Origin: Blasia pusilla
Taxonomy: Eukaryota
NCBI GenBank assembly: GCA_050084515.1
Contig: CM114271.1
Span: 10,974,001 to 11,038,000 of the forward strand
Length of the DNA: 64,000 nt
Direction of reading: 5' to 3'
A model generated the notes under the pieces. The model searched no databases and was not told the DNA's origin. It saw only the letters and a list, made by a program, of their open reading frames with translations. Position 1 is the stretch's first letter, and each line of letters opens with the position of its first letter. Below, piece by piece: positions 12,249-25,869 of the stretch. The position numbers were made by a program, and so were the translations under genes.

Positions 12249-12714
12249 TATAGACGAAGACTTTTTGGCGCCGCTGCCGGGGATCATATCCTTGGCTGAG
12301 AAGGGAGAGAAAGATCCATGGGGAAGCACGGAACGGAGAAAGAAGCTTCGCTCCTAGACAACCCACATTCTAATTCTTACTAAAGACCATCGGCTAGCTC
12401 TAGCGACCCCCGTAAGACAAAGTATGCTTGAAGATAACAATACAGTTGCTGCATTGGTGCTAGAGAAGATAGGCCAACAAATTAGAATGGTCAAAGAACC
12501 GGTCGCCGAACGGTGCTTCGCCCATGGACGATAGTTGTACTTGGTGAAAACCCGGTACTTCTGTCTATGGGAGGAAAACCTGGCAGGAAGCGTAGGAGCA
12601 CCAGGCACCCTCCTGTAGATGTAAAAAGAATGAGTAGTTAACCTCCATCCATGGACCCTTACCCTATCGCCACCATGGGGGTGATCGAGAGTTGCCAAAT
12701 CCCCCACGAGACTT

Positions 12715-15700
12715 ATGGAAGGCTCTCAGCCCTCTTCGCGAGAGCAGCGAGCCGATCGGCGAGAGGGCGCAGAACAAGAACGGCTTGAGACTCCGGGTTC
12801 GTCTCCGAGTCTTCGTCCTTGCCCGAAGGCGAAGACCAAGAAGAAAGAAAGGGACAAATTTCCCACTACGTCCCCTGCCAGTTCGCAGTCGGACGAAGAG
12901 TCGTCCTGGGACCCCTTTGGAGAGTCAGGGAGCGAGGAGCCGATCAAAGCACCTCGGGCGGCACCTTTACCTCCTCCTTCTCGAGCATCAAGCCCGGAGC
13001 CAGGAGAGAGCAAAGTGCCCATGGCCAACACTAGAAAAACTCTGCTAAGGTACCCCACCTTTGCTGGAGGCCGACGAGACGATGTGGATAACTTTATTCT
13101 TGAATTCACCCATGTCGCAAAAGCCAACGGGGAAGGGGCAGAGGAGAATTTGTTACGAGTCTTCTCGGGCCTGCTCAAGAAGCGAGCAAGCGAGTGGTAT
13201 GAAGGTCTCGGAGCAGAGGTCAGGGAGACCTGGAAAAGGGTCGTGGAATCCTTCCTACATGAGTTCCGCGACTTGGAGTTCGAGGACAAGCTTCTTACAA
13301 AGCTTCGCGACCTGAAGCGAAGAAAGAAGGAAACTCTCCGGGAATATACCCAACGGTTCCGGAGCCTCGTGAATAAGCTAGAACACACGACTACCTCCCA
13401 ATTGGTAGATTGGTTCGTGTCTGGCTTGTCCAAAGAAATGGATCGGTATTGCCAGAGAGGTCAACGGGATTCCCTGGAGGCAGTCATAGCCTCTGCTGAG
13501 GCGTACGAAGCTTCAGAAAAGTCCCACCGAACACGAAGACGGCGTCACCAACGAAGAGGGGCGTCGCAGACTAGTGCTTCGTCCGAAGACGAAGCGTCCT
13601 CCACCGACACGGAATCCTCTACAGAGGATTCGTGCGAGTCCTCGGACTCGGAGCAGGAGGTAAAAGCTAAAAGGAAAGGGAAGAGCAGGCGTCATCACTC
13701 CCCCAAGCACCAGACTAAAACCCGACCAAGTACCAAGCATCGCCCTCGCCGGTCGGAAAGTCCGTAAGAGGGACGGCAAGGAAGGCCGGCAAATCGCCAT
13801 GGAGGAACTCGAGTAAACAAATGGCTGAGTTGAAGGTACATCCGCGCCCGAAGGACCCCAGGAAGGCGACCGGGCCGATGAGGCCCAACGTTTGGTGTAG
13901 TAGTTGTGGAACCAGGGGCATATCTTGTACAAGAATGCCCCCGCTCGCTGGATCTGCGGTGGGTCCAGGAAGAGGCCCCTATTGAAGAAGGATGGTATGA
14001 ACCAGAACAGTGGGAAGGGTGCTATGCCGTGCAAGCGGTGCCACCCCCAAACCCTGGAAGAAGCTGGATCACGCGGTATGTACCTCCGGAATACGGGGAA
14101 CAGAGACCCCTGAGACAGATTATGGGTGCGGCGGCCTTCATGCCACCCATCAAGAGAAATTATTGTTATAATTGTGGCGCAGCAGACCACTGGGCCAATA
14201 ATTGCCCAAACCCGAAGCGACTAGTGGGACTCAATCCCTTATGCGGGAACTGCAAGAAGGGCGGGCACACTGCCATGGAATGCCCGGAGCCTAAGGTCCC
14301 ACGTTTGTTGGTCAAGTATGTAAATACTCCAGCGGCTCAACCAGAGCCCAAGAACGATGTAAATGTACAACTAGTCCGGGTGGAAGAAGTAGTGTCCCCG
14401 AGACCAAAGCGAGTCACCATCAGCGAGGAAGACTTGACCCAAGGGGCCAACGAAGAATCATCAGACTTGCCCAAAGAATTTCAAGAAACAGTGTTGGCGG
14501 TCACCACGAGATCAAAGAGTCAAACCGCAGGGACCCCAAAGGTAAAGAAGGGTGCTTCATCTTCGCGCGAAGCTCGGGAGCCCAAGAACAAAGCAGTGAA
14601 CACCTTACGTGCCGGAAAGGCCATCCTCAAAGGCGATGTGGACCCGGCCTTTGACCGAAGTCATCCGAAATACTTCCATCAGGATGTGGAGGACCAAGTC
14701 CATGCTCAAGTGCGGGAGGCCCAGGAACCAGAGGGGAAACAGACCCCAGAAAAGGCAAAGGCCAACCCAAGTACGACAGTCCAAGCCATGGCGACATCAC
14801 CACTGGTCCTAGAATCGTACGATTTACTGAGGGACTTGGCGTCAACCCCGGCCAACATAACCCTGCTGCAGTTGCTAATGGATAACCCAGTATACGGAAA
14901 AATCCTGCATTAGTGGAAAATCAGCCGCAAAAGATCCAGGAAGGTAGCGAAGCAGCTGCCAGTGGTGGACCTGTTCCGTATCGAAGTCGAGGACTTGGGA
15001 GCCCCCGAAGTGGAGGTGGAGATTGAGGGCCATACTATTAAGAAGGTCCCCATTGATTCCGGAAGCGGAATCAATATTATGACGGAGCAAACAGCTTGGG
15101 CCCTAGGGTACACGATTGTGGCGAGCCTGAGACAAGTACCTGCGGTTTGCAGATCAATCCCGGAAGAGACCCCTCGGACAGCTCACGCAAATTCCGACCA
15201 TGCTCGGGGGTGTGTTGTTTATGTTGGACTACTTAGTCTTACAACCCCTGACCGCGATGGGCTATCCTTTGCTCATCGGAAGCCCTGGTTGTATGGCGCG
15301 AGAGTGACTACATATTGGAAAAGGCGAAGGTTCACGTTCCAGGCGCCGAATCAGGACTCGAAGCGGCTCATCAAGCTGTCGTGGAAATCTCGACCACCCA
15401 AAGGAGAGACGCCACCGACTGACGACGGCTATACGTTTGATCAAGACAACACCACCGCTACTGAGTCCTCGTCCAATGTATATTATTTAGAATGTTATGA
15501 AATAGATGAGGAGGCAGTACCCTCCAAGCCAAGGTCGACTCGAGAGGAAGAGAAGCTAGGTCATAGCACCTTCCAGTTTACCGAAAACATGGTTCAGGAG
15601 CAGGACTATGTCCAGGTCAATATTGCACATCAAAATCTCTACGCCTTTCGGCGGATTTGTCTCCTACCACACTTATAAAATATAAAAGACTACTGTTTGA

Positions 15701-18416
15701 GTATTTGGATGTCTTTGCATACTCTATGGATGAAATGAGAGGCATTCCCGCACAATATGGTGAACACCGAATTGATCTTAAAGAAGGCGCGGTCCCGGTG
15801 CGAATGCGACAATATCGACTGAACCCAAAGTACTCATTGTTAGTCAAGGACGAGATCGATCAGCATCTCGAGGCAGGAATAATCTATCTGGTGTTAAGCA
15901 ACGAGTGGATGTCGTCCATCGTAATTGTGCCTAAAAAACAAACGGGAAAAATCCGAGTGTGCCAGGACTATCGGAAATTAAATGCGGCCACCTTAAAAGA
16001 CCACCATCCTCTACCTTTTACCGACAGTATTTTGGATAAAGTGGCCGGGCACGAGCGTTATACCTTTTTGGACGGGTATTCGGGGTACAACCAGGTATCC
16101 ATAAGAGAAAAGGATCGTCCCCTCACAACGTTCACGACGGACTGGGGAACTTTCGCATATCGCGTAATGCCTTTTGGGTTGTGCAATGCCCCAGCTACTT
16201 TCCAACGGATGATGATCTCCATCTTCCAGGAGTATCTTCGGAAGTTCGTCGAAATCTTTTTAGACGATTTTTGTATCTTTAGCACAGAGGCCGAGCATCT
16301 TGAAAAGTTAGAGTTAACACTCGCACGCTATCGCGAAGTGCATTTGTCCCTTCATCCGGAAAAATCCTATATCGCTATGAAACAAGGAATTCTGCTGGGA
16401 CACCAAGTGTCGGCGTAAGGAATTGAGGTCGACAAGGCCAAGGTGGATATTATCGTCGCATTGGAACCACCCACTAATCTCCGGGAATTGAGAGGATTCT
16501 TGGGACATGTCGGGTATTATCAACGGTTCATTAAAGATTACGCGGTAAAAGCAGGCGCTCTTACTGCATTACTTAAGAAGACCACCGAATGGGAGTGGAC
16601 ACCAGCGTGCCAAGTGGCATTCGACACCTTAAAAGACGCATTGCAAAAGGCTCTTGTACTTCGGTCCCCCGATTGGACCAAACCCTTCCACGTGTATGTA
16701 GACACGTCCTCATTTGCCATTGGAGTAGTGCTCAGCCAATTGGATGAGCACAAACATGATTTTCGAATTTACTACGCCGGCCGACAACTATCGGCGGCAG
16801 AGCAGTAAATATACAACCACCTAACGAGAGGCATTAGGCATGGTCTTCTCGTGTAAAAAGTTCGACACTATTTATTAGGTACGAATTTGTCTTTCATGTG
16901 GATCATTTTGCACTCAGACCCTTAATGGTGAAAGCCGACCTGTCAGGACGCATTGCACGGTGGATCTTGTTGCTACAAGAATTCACATTCGATGTGGTGA
17001 CCCGTGCCGGCAAGGTGCATACCAATGCCGATTTTCTTTCCCGGTTGAGGATGACAAACGCGGACCTCACCCAATCTGGTCGATGATACCTTTCCCGATG
17101 AAGATACATTTCCGGATAACAGAGGAACAGTTGAGCCAATCGTTTTATGAGGATATTCGCGGTTTCTAATGACTCTGCGACTTCTCGCCCGATGATGACG
17201 GGGAAGAACGCGCGGTTTTTTACATCGGATAGGCCCTTATGAGATCTGTCAAGGGGTCTTATTCAAATTAGGTGATGATGAAGAGCATCGAAGATGCTTG
17301 GAAGCTGAAGAGGTTCCCCAGGTCATCAGAGCTCTGCATATGGCTGATTCCGGTGGACACTATCCGGTAAAAAATACCGTGAAGAAAATTTTGGCCGCAC
17401 GGTATTGGTGGCCGACTATGTACAAAGACGTATGTAATTTTATTCGGAGTTGTGATGCCTGCCAAAGAGCAGGTCGACCCACGGCGACTACGCGGTGGCC
17501 TTTGGTCCCCATCATGCCCCTAGCTCCTTTTGAAAAATGGGGCATTGACTTCGTAGGCCCTATCTCCCCGGCCACTCGCCAAACCCGGCGGAAGTATATT
17601 CTTATCGCCACAGACTATTGTACTAAGATGGTTGAAGCAAAGAGCCACGCGGAAAGATGCGGCCAAGAACAAATGGCTAAGTTTTTATACGAGATGATTA
17701 TCACGCGTTATGGCTGTCCGTTGGAACTAGTAAGTGACCGGGGCACGCACTTCCTGAACCAGACTATTGAGTCTCTCACTTCCCACTTTCTCATTAAGCA
17801 TCGGAAAACCACTCCCTACAACCCTAAAGCCAACGGGTTGACGGAAAAATCGAACGGCCTCATTTGCCGAATATTGAATCAATTAACGGCAACCTATTCC
17901 TATGATTGGGACACAAAAATTGCCCCAGCATTATGGGCGTACCAAACAGCTGAGAAGGTGACGACAAAATACACCCCGTTCTTCCTGACTTATGGCGTAC
18001 ATCCCTTAACACCTATTCAATGGGCGTTGCACACTTATCGGGTATTGGAGGGCACAAGAACGGAAGTTGCGGACGAAGTTATCGAACATAGGAATGAGAC
18101 CCTAGTGGAGTTAGAAGAAGCACGCATGCTCACGTTACGACGGACAACCCAAGTGCAAAAAGAACATAAGAAACGTTACGATCGACATCTCCGGCCACAA
18201 TCTATCAATGTTGGCGACTTAGTGCTATTGTATGATAACCGGCGACTAAAGTTCCCCGGAAAATTAAAATTAAATTAGATGGGACCCTACCGGGTATTGG
18301 CCATCTATGATAATGGATCCCTCCAATTAGAAACCTTACAGGGAGAATCCCTGCCCACGCGAGTCAATGGAATGCATGTGCGCCGGTATTATGAGCCCAA
18401 ACCTGAGGATGACTGA
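12715..18416 (+). pseudogene. Gypsy gag-pol (frameshifted, with stops)
   Basis: Gag core in 12715-13767. CCHC knuckles CYNCGAADHWANNC and CGNCKKGGHTAMEC. Protease IDSGSG. RT with LDGYSGYNQ, MPFGLCNAPATFQR and FLDD. RNase H VDTSSFAIG. Integrase HHCC plus WGIDF, SDRGTHF and NGLTE. Confidence 0.95.
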
Positions 18417-18800
18417 AACATGAGGAAGGGGGTAGGCGAACGCACCGTGCTTCGCGAAGTCACGAAGCACAGAAGATATACAGTGCTTCGCGAAGTAGCG
18501 AAGCACACAAGTTCAAAATATACAGTGCTCCGCGAAGTAGCGAAGCACCGAGGTTCCAGATGACCCATGCCGCGCGGGGCGAAGCGCGCAGAAGATAGGA
18601 AGGGGAAGCGTGGCGAAGCCGCGAAGCCGCGAAGCGCCCACTTTCTTGTTACAGCCCCGGCGCCACAACCAAGAACGGACAGGGGGGGAGCGGACTATAA
18701 GAGCAGTCTGGCATACCCAAGCGGGTATTTTCATGGACGGGATCACCACGAAGTTGCGTAGCAGGCCAAAGCGCGGTGTCCATCGAGATCGACCTAGCAA

Positions 18801-20645
18801 CATGCCTCGCGAAGATGCCACACCCATTCTGCAAAGCGCAGCGATGCCGACGGTCAAGCTGTCACCAGAGCTGATCGAAGCGCTGGAGGAGCGATCGTTG
18901 GCAACTTTCTTTCAAGCCAACTGGACTCTAACATCCGAGAACTCCTCGGCGAAGCCGCTCGGCGTCTCTGATCGCCAAATTTTGAAAGAAGGGTCTTCGG
19001 TATCGAGCTCAGCCCCAACACTGGACGGCGGACGACTGGAGAGCAACTTATCTGCTCTCGGCTATGCCAGAGTACGAGTTTGACACGGAGTTGCTCGTCA
19101 AACATGAAGATCTTTTAGCACTCGGCTGTGTCACGTCTGAGCGCCTGGGCAGGAACGGCTACAAGGCTTCGTCACTCTCTCCGCCCGTCTTTGGTCAATT
19201 TCAAACATCGATGACCCTGTTTTATCCCGCTCGTTTCTTACTATCGATTTAACAAGATCTTGAAGATGTGCTACATCATCTGGAATCAACACCTTGACCC
19301 CGAAGCCCCAGGAGTCGACTTTGCTGCTTTTGTGGACGGGCACGTATGAGGAATGGTGGACGTGCTTCATCCAAGCACGAAGTCCTTCCTATCTCCTTTC
19401 TTGATTCACCTTTATATTCACAAGCAGGAATTGACCGCAGAGGAGGCGTTAGATTGGTCACAAGTGACCCCTGTCCGACTACCACGGAAAGGCGCAACTA
19501 GTACCAGGGGTAGCCGCGAAGTCACCCCGCCCTCCGAAGCACCTCAGCAACATCCGCACACTTCGGCTTTGAAGTAAGACGAAGCTATCAACGAAATGCC
19601 TTGGCCAAAGCGAGGCCGGGTCAATTTTGAATCACCCCCGGACCCAGAACCTGTCATGCACGAGGATTCCGACGAGACCCCGCGGGCAAGGGATCATCAA
19701 CCTACGCTTCGTCTCATGTCGCAGACGGCAGACGACATGATGTGGTTCTTGCAATTGGCAGTTCCCGTCATGAACCAACTCCAACAGGTTCTTCACCTCG
19801 AGGATACGGCGTCCGTGGACGATTATTTAGAAGGCTTGCACGACCTCAACTGCAGAGCCCAAGCTTCGTCAGACCACGAAGTACAGCGTCGAGTAGCAGA
19901 AACGAATCTGCAAATACGGAATTAGGAACTCGAAGAAACGCAGACCACGCTTCGCAAAACTCAGAGCGACTTGGTCCAGTGTCAGTACGAAGCACGGAAC
20001 GCACGCCAATGGGAAAGTTTGGCGCTTAACCTCGAATGTGGGGCGGATCAGTTAGTTTCGCAGATCAAGGAGGCTTCGCACCTCATTGACAAGTATCGAC
20101 ATCAGATACAGCAGGTTCAGACCGAATTCAAGAAGTTGTCGATCCAAAGATGCGAGTCTTGGCCGCTTCAAGAACATCAAGAAGCGAACAAAGACTTACT
20201 GGCACAGTGGGCGGAGGCTACCGGGAGGATCGCAGTCTTGGAGGCAGAGCAGAAGCTACTCAATGAAGCCTAGATGGACCCGGACGATGTCAAAGAACTG
20301 GTCGATGAAGCAAGCAAGAACTTCGAAGAGCAGATGAACGAGGAAATCGACTACATCAACAAACATTGGAAGCGCCAATTCGACAATCATACTAAATCTC
20401 TTCCAGAAGTAGTACCCACTCTTTCCATTACTCTTGAAGAATTACCAGCATTCACTCCATCTGATGTCTTAGTCCAGAATGAAGTCCTCGGGAGTCACTT
20501 AGTTGTTAACAAGTCGCGAGAAAGAATGCGCAATCATACTCCTAACATTATCAACAAACCTTCTACGATTCATGGCCGTTTGGTGCCTACCCCGGAATTT
20601 GATAGTTTAGACGACACATTTATGGAGATAGCAGATACATCATGA
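18801..20645 (+). pseudogene. Extra 3' ORF of the Athila-like element (coiled-coil rich, unknown function)
   Basis: Chain of sense ORF fragments between integrase and PPT (from ATG near 18802, then 19596-19925, 19971-20273, 20274-20645), the last three separated by single stops. Q/E/L-rich heptads. Confidence 0.6.
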
Positions 20646-20684
20646 AGTGTTCGCCGGGGCGGCTCACATTTGAGGGAGGGGGTA

Positions 20685-21864
20685 TGTGATACCCACAATT
20701 TTGTAATCTTGAAGAATATATCTTTTTATTCAACGAAGACTCTTGTATATTATGATTTTGAATATGATTATCTATTATTATGAAGAAGAATAAGTGAATC
20801 ACCAAGCTCCGAAGACAAGGCAGAGAGATAAAGATCAAGGATTTGCCTTAGAGGAGAATCAAAAGCTGTAAAGAAGTATAAAGGATCAACGCGAAGCTCA
20901 GCGAAGCTTAGCGAAGCTTAACAAAGTCTAACGAAGCTCAACGAAGCTCTATAGACGAAGTACTTCACTCTTGAACGAAATACGAAGCACGAAGAAGAAG
21001 GAAGCACTTCGTCCTCCGGAAAATTAGCGCAGCGAAGCTCAGCATGATTGAGATTCGAAACGACACATACTTTAAACAATTAGAATAGGAAAGGGTGCGA
21101 CCCTTTGTATCAAATTGGTAGTTAGGACAATTTTGTACCGCGGATTCATAGGGATCGTAGGAAAAGCTAAGAGAACCATAGATCTAGGTAGTTACAGATA
21201 TTGAAAAGACACACCCTTCATCAAGAACTCTTCGAATCATAGAAACGATCCTACTCTCGAGAATATTTAAGAAACAGGACAGAAGCTATTAGCATCATTC
21301 GCTCATGAAGTCCTTATGCTGTAGGAATGGTCCAAGCAAGAGAGTTGTACCCTCTCGAGCTTGTAGATACTTTGAAGTCTTCCAATTCTTGATGGAGTAG
21401 TAAAGCATTCATTCATTCATTCATTCTGATGTGCGATGCTTATGTCTGAATATTCTTTTTGGGTCTGCCGAGTGAAGAGTGAATCAGGCAAACCTTTCTC
21501 ATCAATGGAATAATCAATATAAAATTGTATGAAATTTTTTTGACAGAGAGTAACCTGCCCCGACGGATTGAGTTCCGAAAGTAGGAGAAGCCAGCTTTAT
21601 TCTTGAGGTCTCTGTGAGGTTCCGAGATGATGAGAGAACAAATTGCTTGAGCGTCCTTTAAACTCCACTTGAGAGAATTGAAGAAGAAAACCTAGGTACT
21701 AAGAAGGATCGGAAGCTGATACTGGAATACTGCATTTGAATTACATAACCAATTACACTTTTACAACATAATCATCACTTTATACTATCTTTTCATCCAA
21801 CAATGATCTTCTTGGGGATCGAACTCTACAATTGACTGTAAATAAGAAACACTTAGACATTACA
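20685..21864 (+). repeat. Gypsy 3' LTR
   Basis: Follows the PPT and is followed by TSD GTACT. Confidence 0.95.
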
Positions 21865-21869
21865 GTACT

Positions 21870-24800
21870 TCAACACACGCATCCCTGCCTTCCAATGGTT
21901 CTCACGAGGCTTAGTTGAGAACCTACTCAATACTCCCACAGCGAAGCTAATGTCTGGTCTACTGTTACACAAAAATATCAAACTGCCTACAAGCTTTCTG
22001 TACATCTTTTCATCTACCAATGGTGAAACATCCTCCATCGAGAGTTTCAACTCTACCTCCATTGGCGAGACCACTGCCTTACACTCGGTCATCCCGAATG
22101 CCTTCAAGATTTCTCTAGCATACTTCTGGTGAGAGAGAAAAATATAATCTGACATTTGCCAAATTTCCAGTCCTATAAAGTAGTGCAGAAGACCTAAATC
22201 TGACATTTCAAACTCAGATTCCAACACTCCCTTCATTTCCTCTATTTTCTTACTGTGGTCTCCTGTGATGATCAAATCATCCACATACAAGACTATCAAC
22301 ATATACATCCCATCTTCGCAAAACACATACAAATTTGCTTCTGAAGGACTCTTCATGAGACCCTTCTCTCGAAAGAATGTATCTATTCGTTGATACTATA
22401 CCCTTGGGGCTTGCTTCAACCCATACAATGCTCGATGAAGTAAACAAACTTTCTCTTCTGATCCGGGTGTCTCAAAACCTGGTGGTTGAGAAACATATAC
22501 CTCCTCCTTGAGACTCTCGTTCAGAAAAGCAGACTTCACATCGTATTGGTATACAGGCCAACGTCTTGTTCCTGCAACCGCTAGAACAATTCGAATGGTT
22601 GTCATCCTTGCAGTGGGAGCAAAAGTCTCATAGTAGTCAAAGCCTTCGATTTGTGAGCATCCTTGTGCGACCAATCTCGCTTTGAATTTATCCAATGTAC
22701 CGTCCGACTTGTACTTGGTCTTGTACATCCACTTGGTGCGTATTATCTTCCTGTCCTCTGGCTTTTCAACCAAAGTCCAAGTTTCATTTCTCTGAATAGC
22801 GTCCATCTCCGTCTGCATGGCCTCTCTCCATTGAGGATGAGTCAGGGCCTCATCCAAGCATGATGGCTCTTCCACCTTCAAGACCTCTGTCATCAGGGCC
22901 ATGTTGACGAAATGTGCGGAAGCTCTATTCTGCTCCTCTAGTCTCTTGGATCTCCTTGGATGTGTCACAACTTCATCGATTCTTGTGGTGGATCCTTACC
23001 ATCCAAGAGCTGCTTTATCCACTTAGGGTATGACGACCGTAGTGGAAGAGCAAGTTGCTCTTTGTAATCATCACCAAATTCTTCTTCTTGATGATCTGGT
23101 GTAAACATCTGTGGTGTGCTCTGGTGGGTTATCTCTTTGTTTGATGATAATGTGGACGGACCACTGACATCCGCCACTTGACGCAGGGTTCTCGAACACC
23201 ACGTCACGACTCACAAGCATCTTCTTTTCCTCAGGACACCAAAGGCGATAAGCTTTAGACTCATCACTGTATCCCATAAAGATGCACTTCCTACTCTTGG
23301 ACTCCAACTTGGTCCTCGATGCTTCAGGAATATGTACAAAACACTCACTACCAAAAGTCCTGAAATGTTGGACTGATGGTACCTTACCTGAGTATGATTG
23401 ATGAGGAGTCATGCCTTGCACTGACTTGGTTGCACTTCTATTTAGAATGTATACGGCAGTATTAACAGCTTCATCCCAAAAGCCTTTTGTCAAACCTTTT
23501 GCTTTCATCATACATCTTGCCATCTCCACCACTGTACGATTTCGACGCTCAACAACTCCATTTTGTTGTGGTGTATGTGCCGTGGTTAACTGCCGCTTGA
23601 TTCCATGCTCTCCCAAATATTTGTTGAATTCTGTTGATAAGAATTCTCCTCCTCGATCGGTGCGAAGCTTTTGTACCTTCTTTCCTGTCTCATTCTCAAC
23701 CAGCTTGTGCCATACTTTAAATTTTCCAAAAGCACTTGCCTTATCATGAAGGAAATACACCCACATCTTCCTACTATAATCGTTTCGACAACTAAAAGAA
23801 GTAGGAAGAACCACCTAATGCCATTGTTCTCATTTTACCACGAGGTCAAGATGTATCAACTCTAGAGGAGCCTTTGCCCTATTGTTGGACTCTTGTGGAA
23901 ATGGTTGTCGGTGTTGCTTGCCCATCATACAAGCTTCACAAGTATCCGACACTCCATAAATTGTTGGTAAATCAGCAACCATGCAGATTTCTGCATCTGA
24001 CTTAGTAAGGGAAAGCTTAGGTGACCAAATCTTTCATGCCACAACTTATCGCTACTAAGATCTGTACCTACACTTGTCGTGAAAGCATACAACTCGTAGA
24101 TATTTCCACGTCGTATACCTTCACCCACTACTTTCCCATTGGCATCCTCAATGATCGCTTTGATTTTCTTGAAACGAACTTCTAGGTCACGATCACATAA
24201 TACCGCCATCGAAATCAAATTTCGCTTCAACTCGGGTACGCATAAGACATCGAGTTAACTTCTTTTCATCTCCTTTTGTGAGACTAAAGAAATTGTGCCT
24301 TTCCTTCTACAGGGCACTTTGCATTATTCCCAACAAGAACAACGATGGGCCTCAGAGAGGTCATGAAGGAGCTATACCAATCCTTATGATTGGTCATATG
24401 CCTAGATGCTCCACTATCGAGCACCCATGCATCTTCACTCTTTGTCTTAGTGGTATGTTCTCTTTTGTGTGTGCGAGTAACTCTTCTATTGCTACCCAAG
24501 CATCTACTTCATGTTCTCCCAGTTCTCTGAATTTCGGACTCCTTCTTAGGTCTTAAACAACCGTTCTTCTCATCCTGACTTCTCTTCCTACAATCTTTGA
24601 TAAGATGACCTAGCTTACCACAATAAAAGCATTTGAAGGCTTTTCTTGGAAATTTCTTCTTGACATTTGAACTGTAATCTTGATTTCTACCTCTCTCAGA
24701 CGTTGGCTAAGTTAAATCTTTGCGTCACTTCCCTCTCTTGCTTTGAAGCGCATTTCCTCTTCTACCAACATTGCACTAAATTGTTCAAAAGTAAGCGGCG

Positions 24801-25374
24801 TGGGTCTTACTTGAGTATTCAGAGTAGTGACCAAACTGTCATACCTTGGAGGCAAAATCCTTATGCACCGGTGTGCCAAATCTTCGCTAGACTTTGAAAT
24901 TCCCACGGACGCCATCTGATCTTGAAGATTCTTGATCCTTGTCTAAAATTGCTCCGCGCTTTCTCCTTCTGAAAATTTCTCGGACGTAAGGTGATTCTCC
25001 AGATTCTGAATCCGAGTCTCATTCCTCGTTTCATACTGATTCTTCAAAATGTTCCACGCCTCAGCTGCAGTGGTTGTATGTTGAATGAGAGTCATGACAG
25101 AATCGATTATATTCGTGACAATCGCATATAGAGCATCAGCGTTTCGCGTCTCCATGCTAATAATACAACAGATCGATATCCCGGATGAAGATGACCTTGC
25201 AGAACTCAAACTAGCTTGTGGATTTGAATCGACCCCTGTGGCCGTTTCCCAGATCTCAAATGATTCGAGAACAGTTCTCATTTTGAACTTCCACAACGTA
25301 TAGTTAGACCCATCTAACTTCCCTTCACCAATGGAGGGAGGAGGGCGAGCACGAATCGACGAAGAAGTAGCCAT
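21870..25374 (-). pseudogene. Copia gag-protease-integrase-RT (frameshifted)
   Basis: Gag KLDGSNYTLWKFKM; protease WVLDSGAS; LWHERFGH; integrase LRTDRGGEF and PQQNGVVERRNRT; RT KARLVAQG, DVKSAFL, LYGLKQAP and LYVDD. Confidence 0.95.
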
Positions 25375-25447
25375 CTCTCAAGATTTTGTGCAAACACACT
25401 AGATCGCCAGATACAAAATACTGGAAAAACCTATTGCTCTGATACCA

Positions 25448-25864
25448 TGTGAGAAAAGCAGAAAGTGACTAAATCACTGAAATCTTTACAAAACTTAGAG
25501 ATACAAAATGGCCTAGTCCGTCCGTGCGCTCACAGAAGAGCTTCGATGGAACCTGAACTGGGAGATAACTCGACATACGAGAATGCGCTACCGCTGCGGC
25601 TCCCGACTATTTGACTACTCGGGAAAATTTTTTACCTATTTTTCTTTGTTTCTATTAATAGAAAAATATTGCATCAGGGTGCCCCGCACCCTGATGCAAT
25701 ATAGGGTTAGATAAACCTAGTAACGCTACTCCGTAAACCACCTACGTCATATTACTTTGACTCCTTCGACGTCTAAGTCAGAACCATCGATCTAGGCTTC
25801 TCCTCATACAAGGGGGCCGATCAAATCAATGGTGCTCAGAGGAGTGGATGTTGAGAATCCAATA
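25448..25864 (-). repeat. Copia 5' LTR
   Basis: Adjacent to the PBS. Contains a 17-bp-arm hairpin at 25666-25702. Confidence 0.95.
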
Positions 25865-25869
25865 CGCCG

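Larger units (their letters stand above)
11074..21864 (+). mobile_element. Full-length non-chromovirus (Athila/Phygy-like) Ty3/gypsy LTR retrotransposon nested in the copia
   Basis: TG..CA LTRs at 11074-12248 and 20685-21864. TSD GTACT (11069-11073 / 21865-21869). PBS TGGCGCCGCTGCCGGGGA (12266-12283). PPT GAGGGAGGGGGTA (20672-20684). Order gag-PR-RT-RH-INT plus an extra 3' ORF. Confidence 0.97.
10137..25864 (-). mobile_element. Full-length Ty1/copia LTR retrotransposon (decayed; contains nested gypsy)
   Basis: LTRs at 10137-10520 and 25448-25864. 5-bp TSD CGCCG (10132-10136 / 25865-25869). PBS TGGTATCAGAGC (25447-25436). PPT GAGGGGGAG (10529-10521). Domain order gag-PR-INT-RT-RH. Confidence 0.97.

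Noticed and set aside
12726-14190. Long antisense ORFs (235 and 225 aa) over gypsy gag
   Set aside because: They are shadow ORFs of GC-rich coding sequence with no independent motifs.
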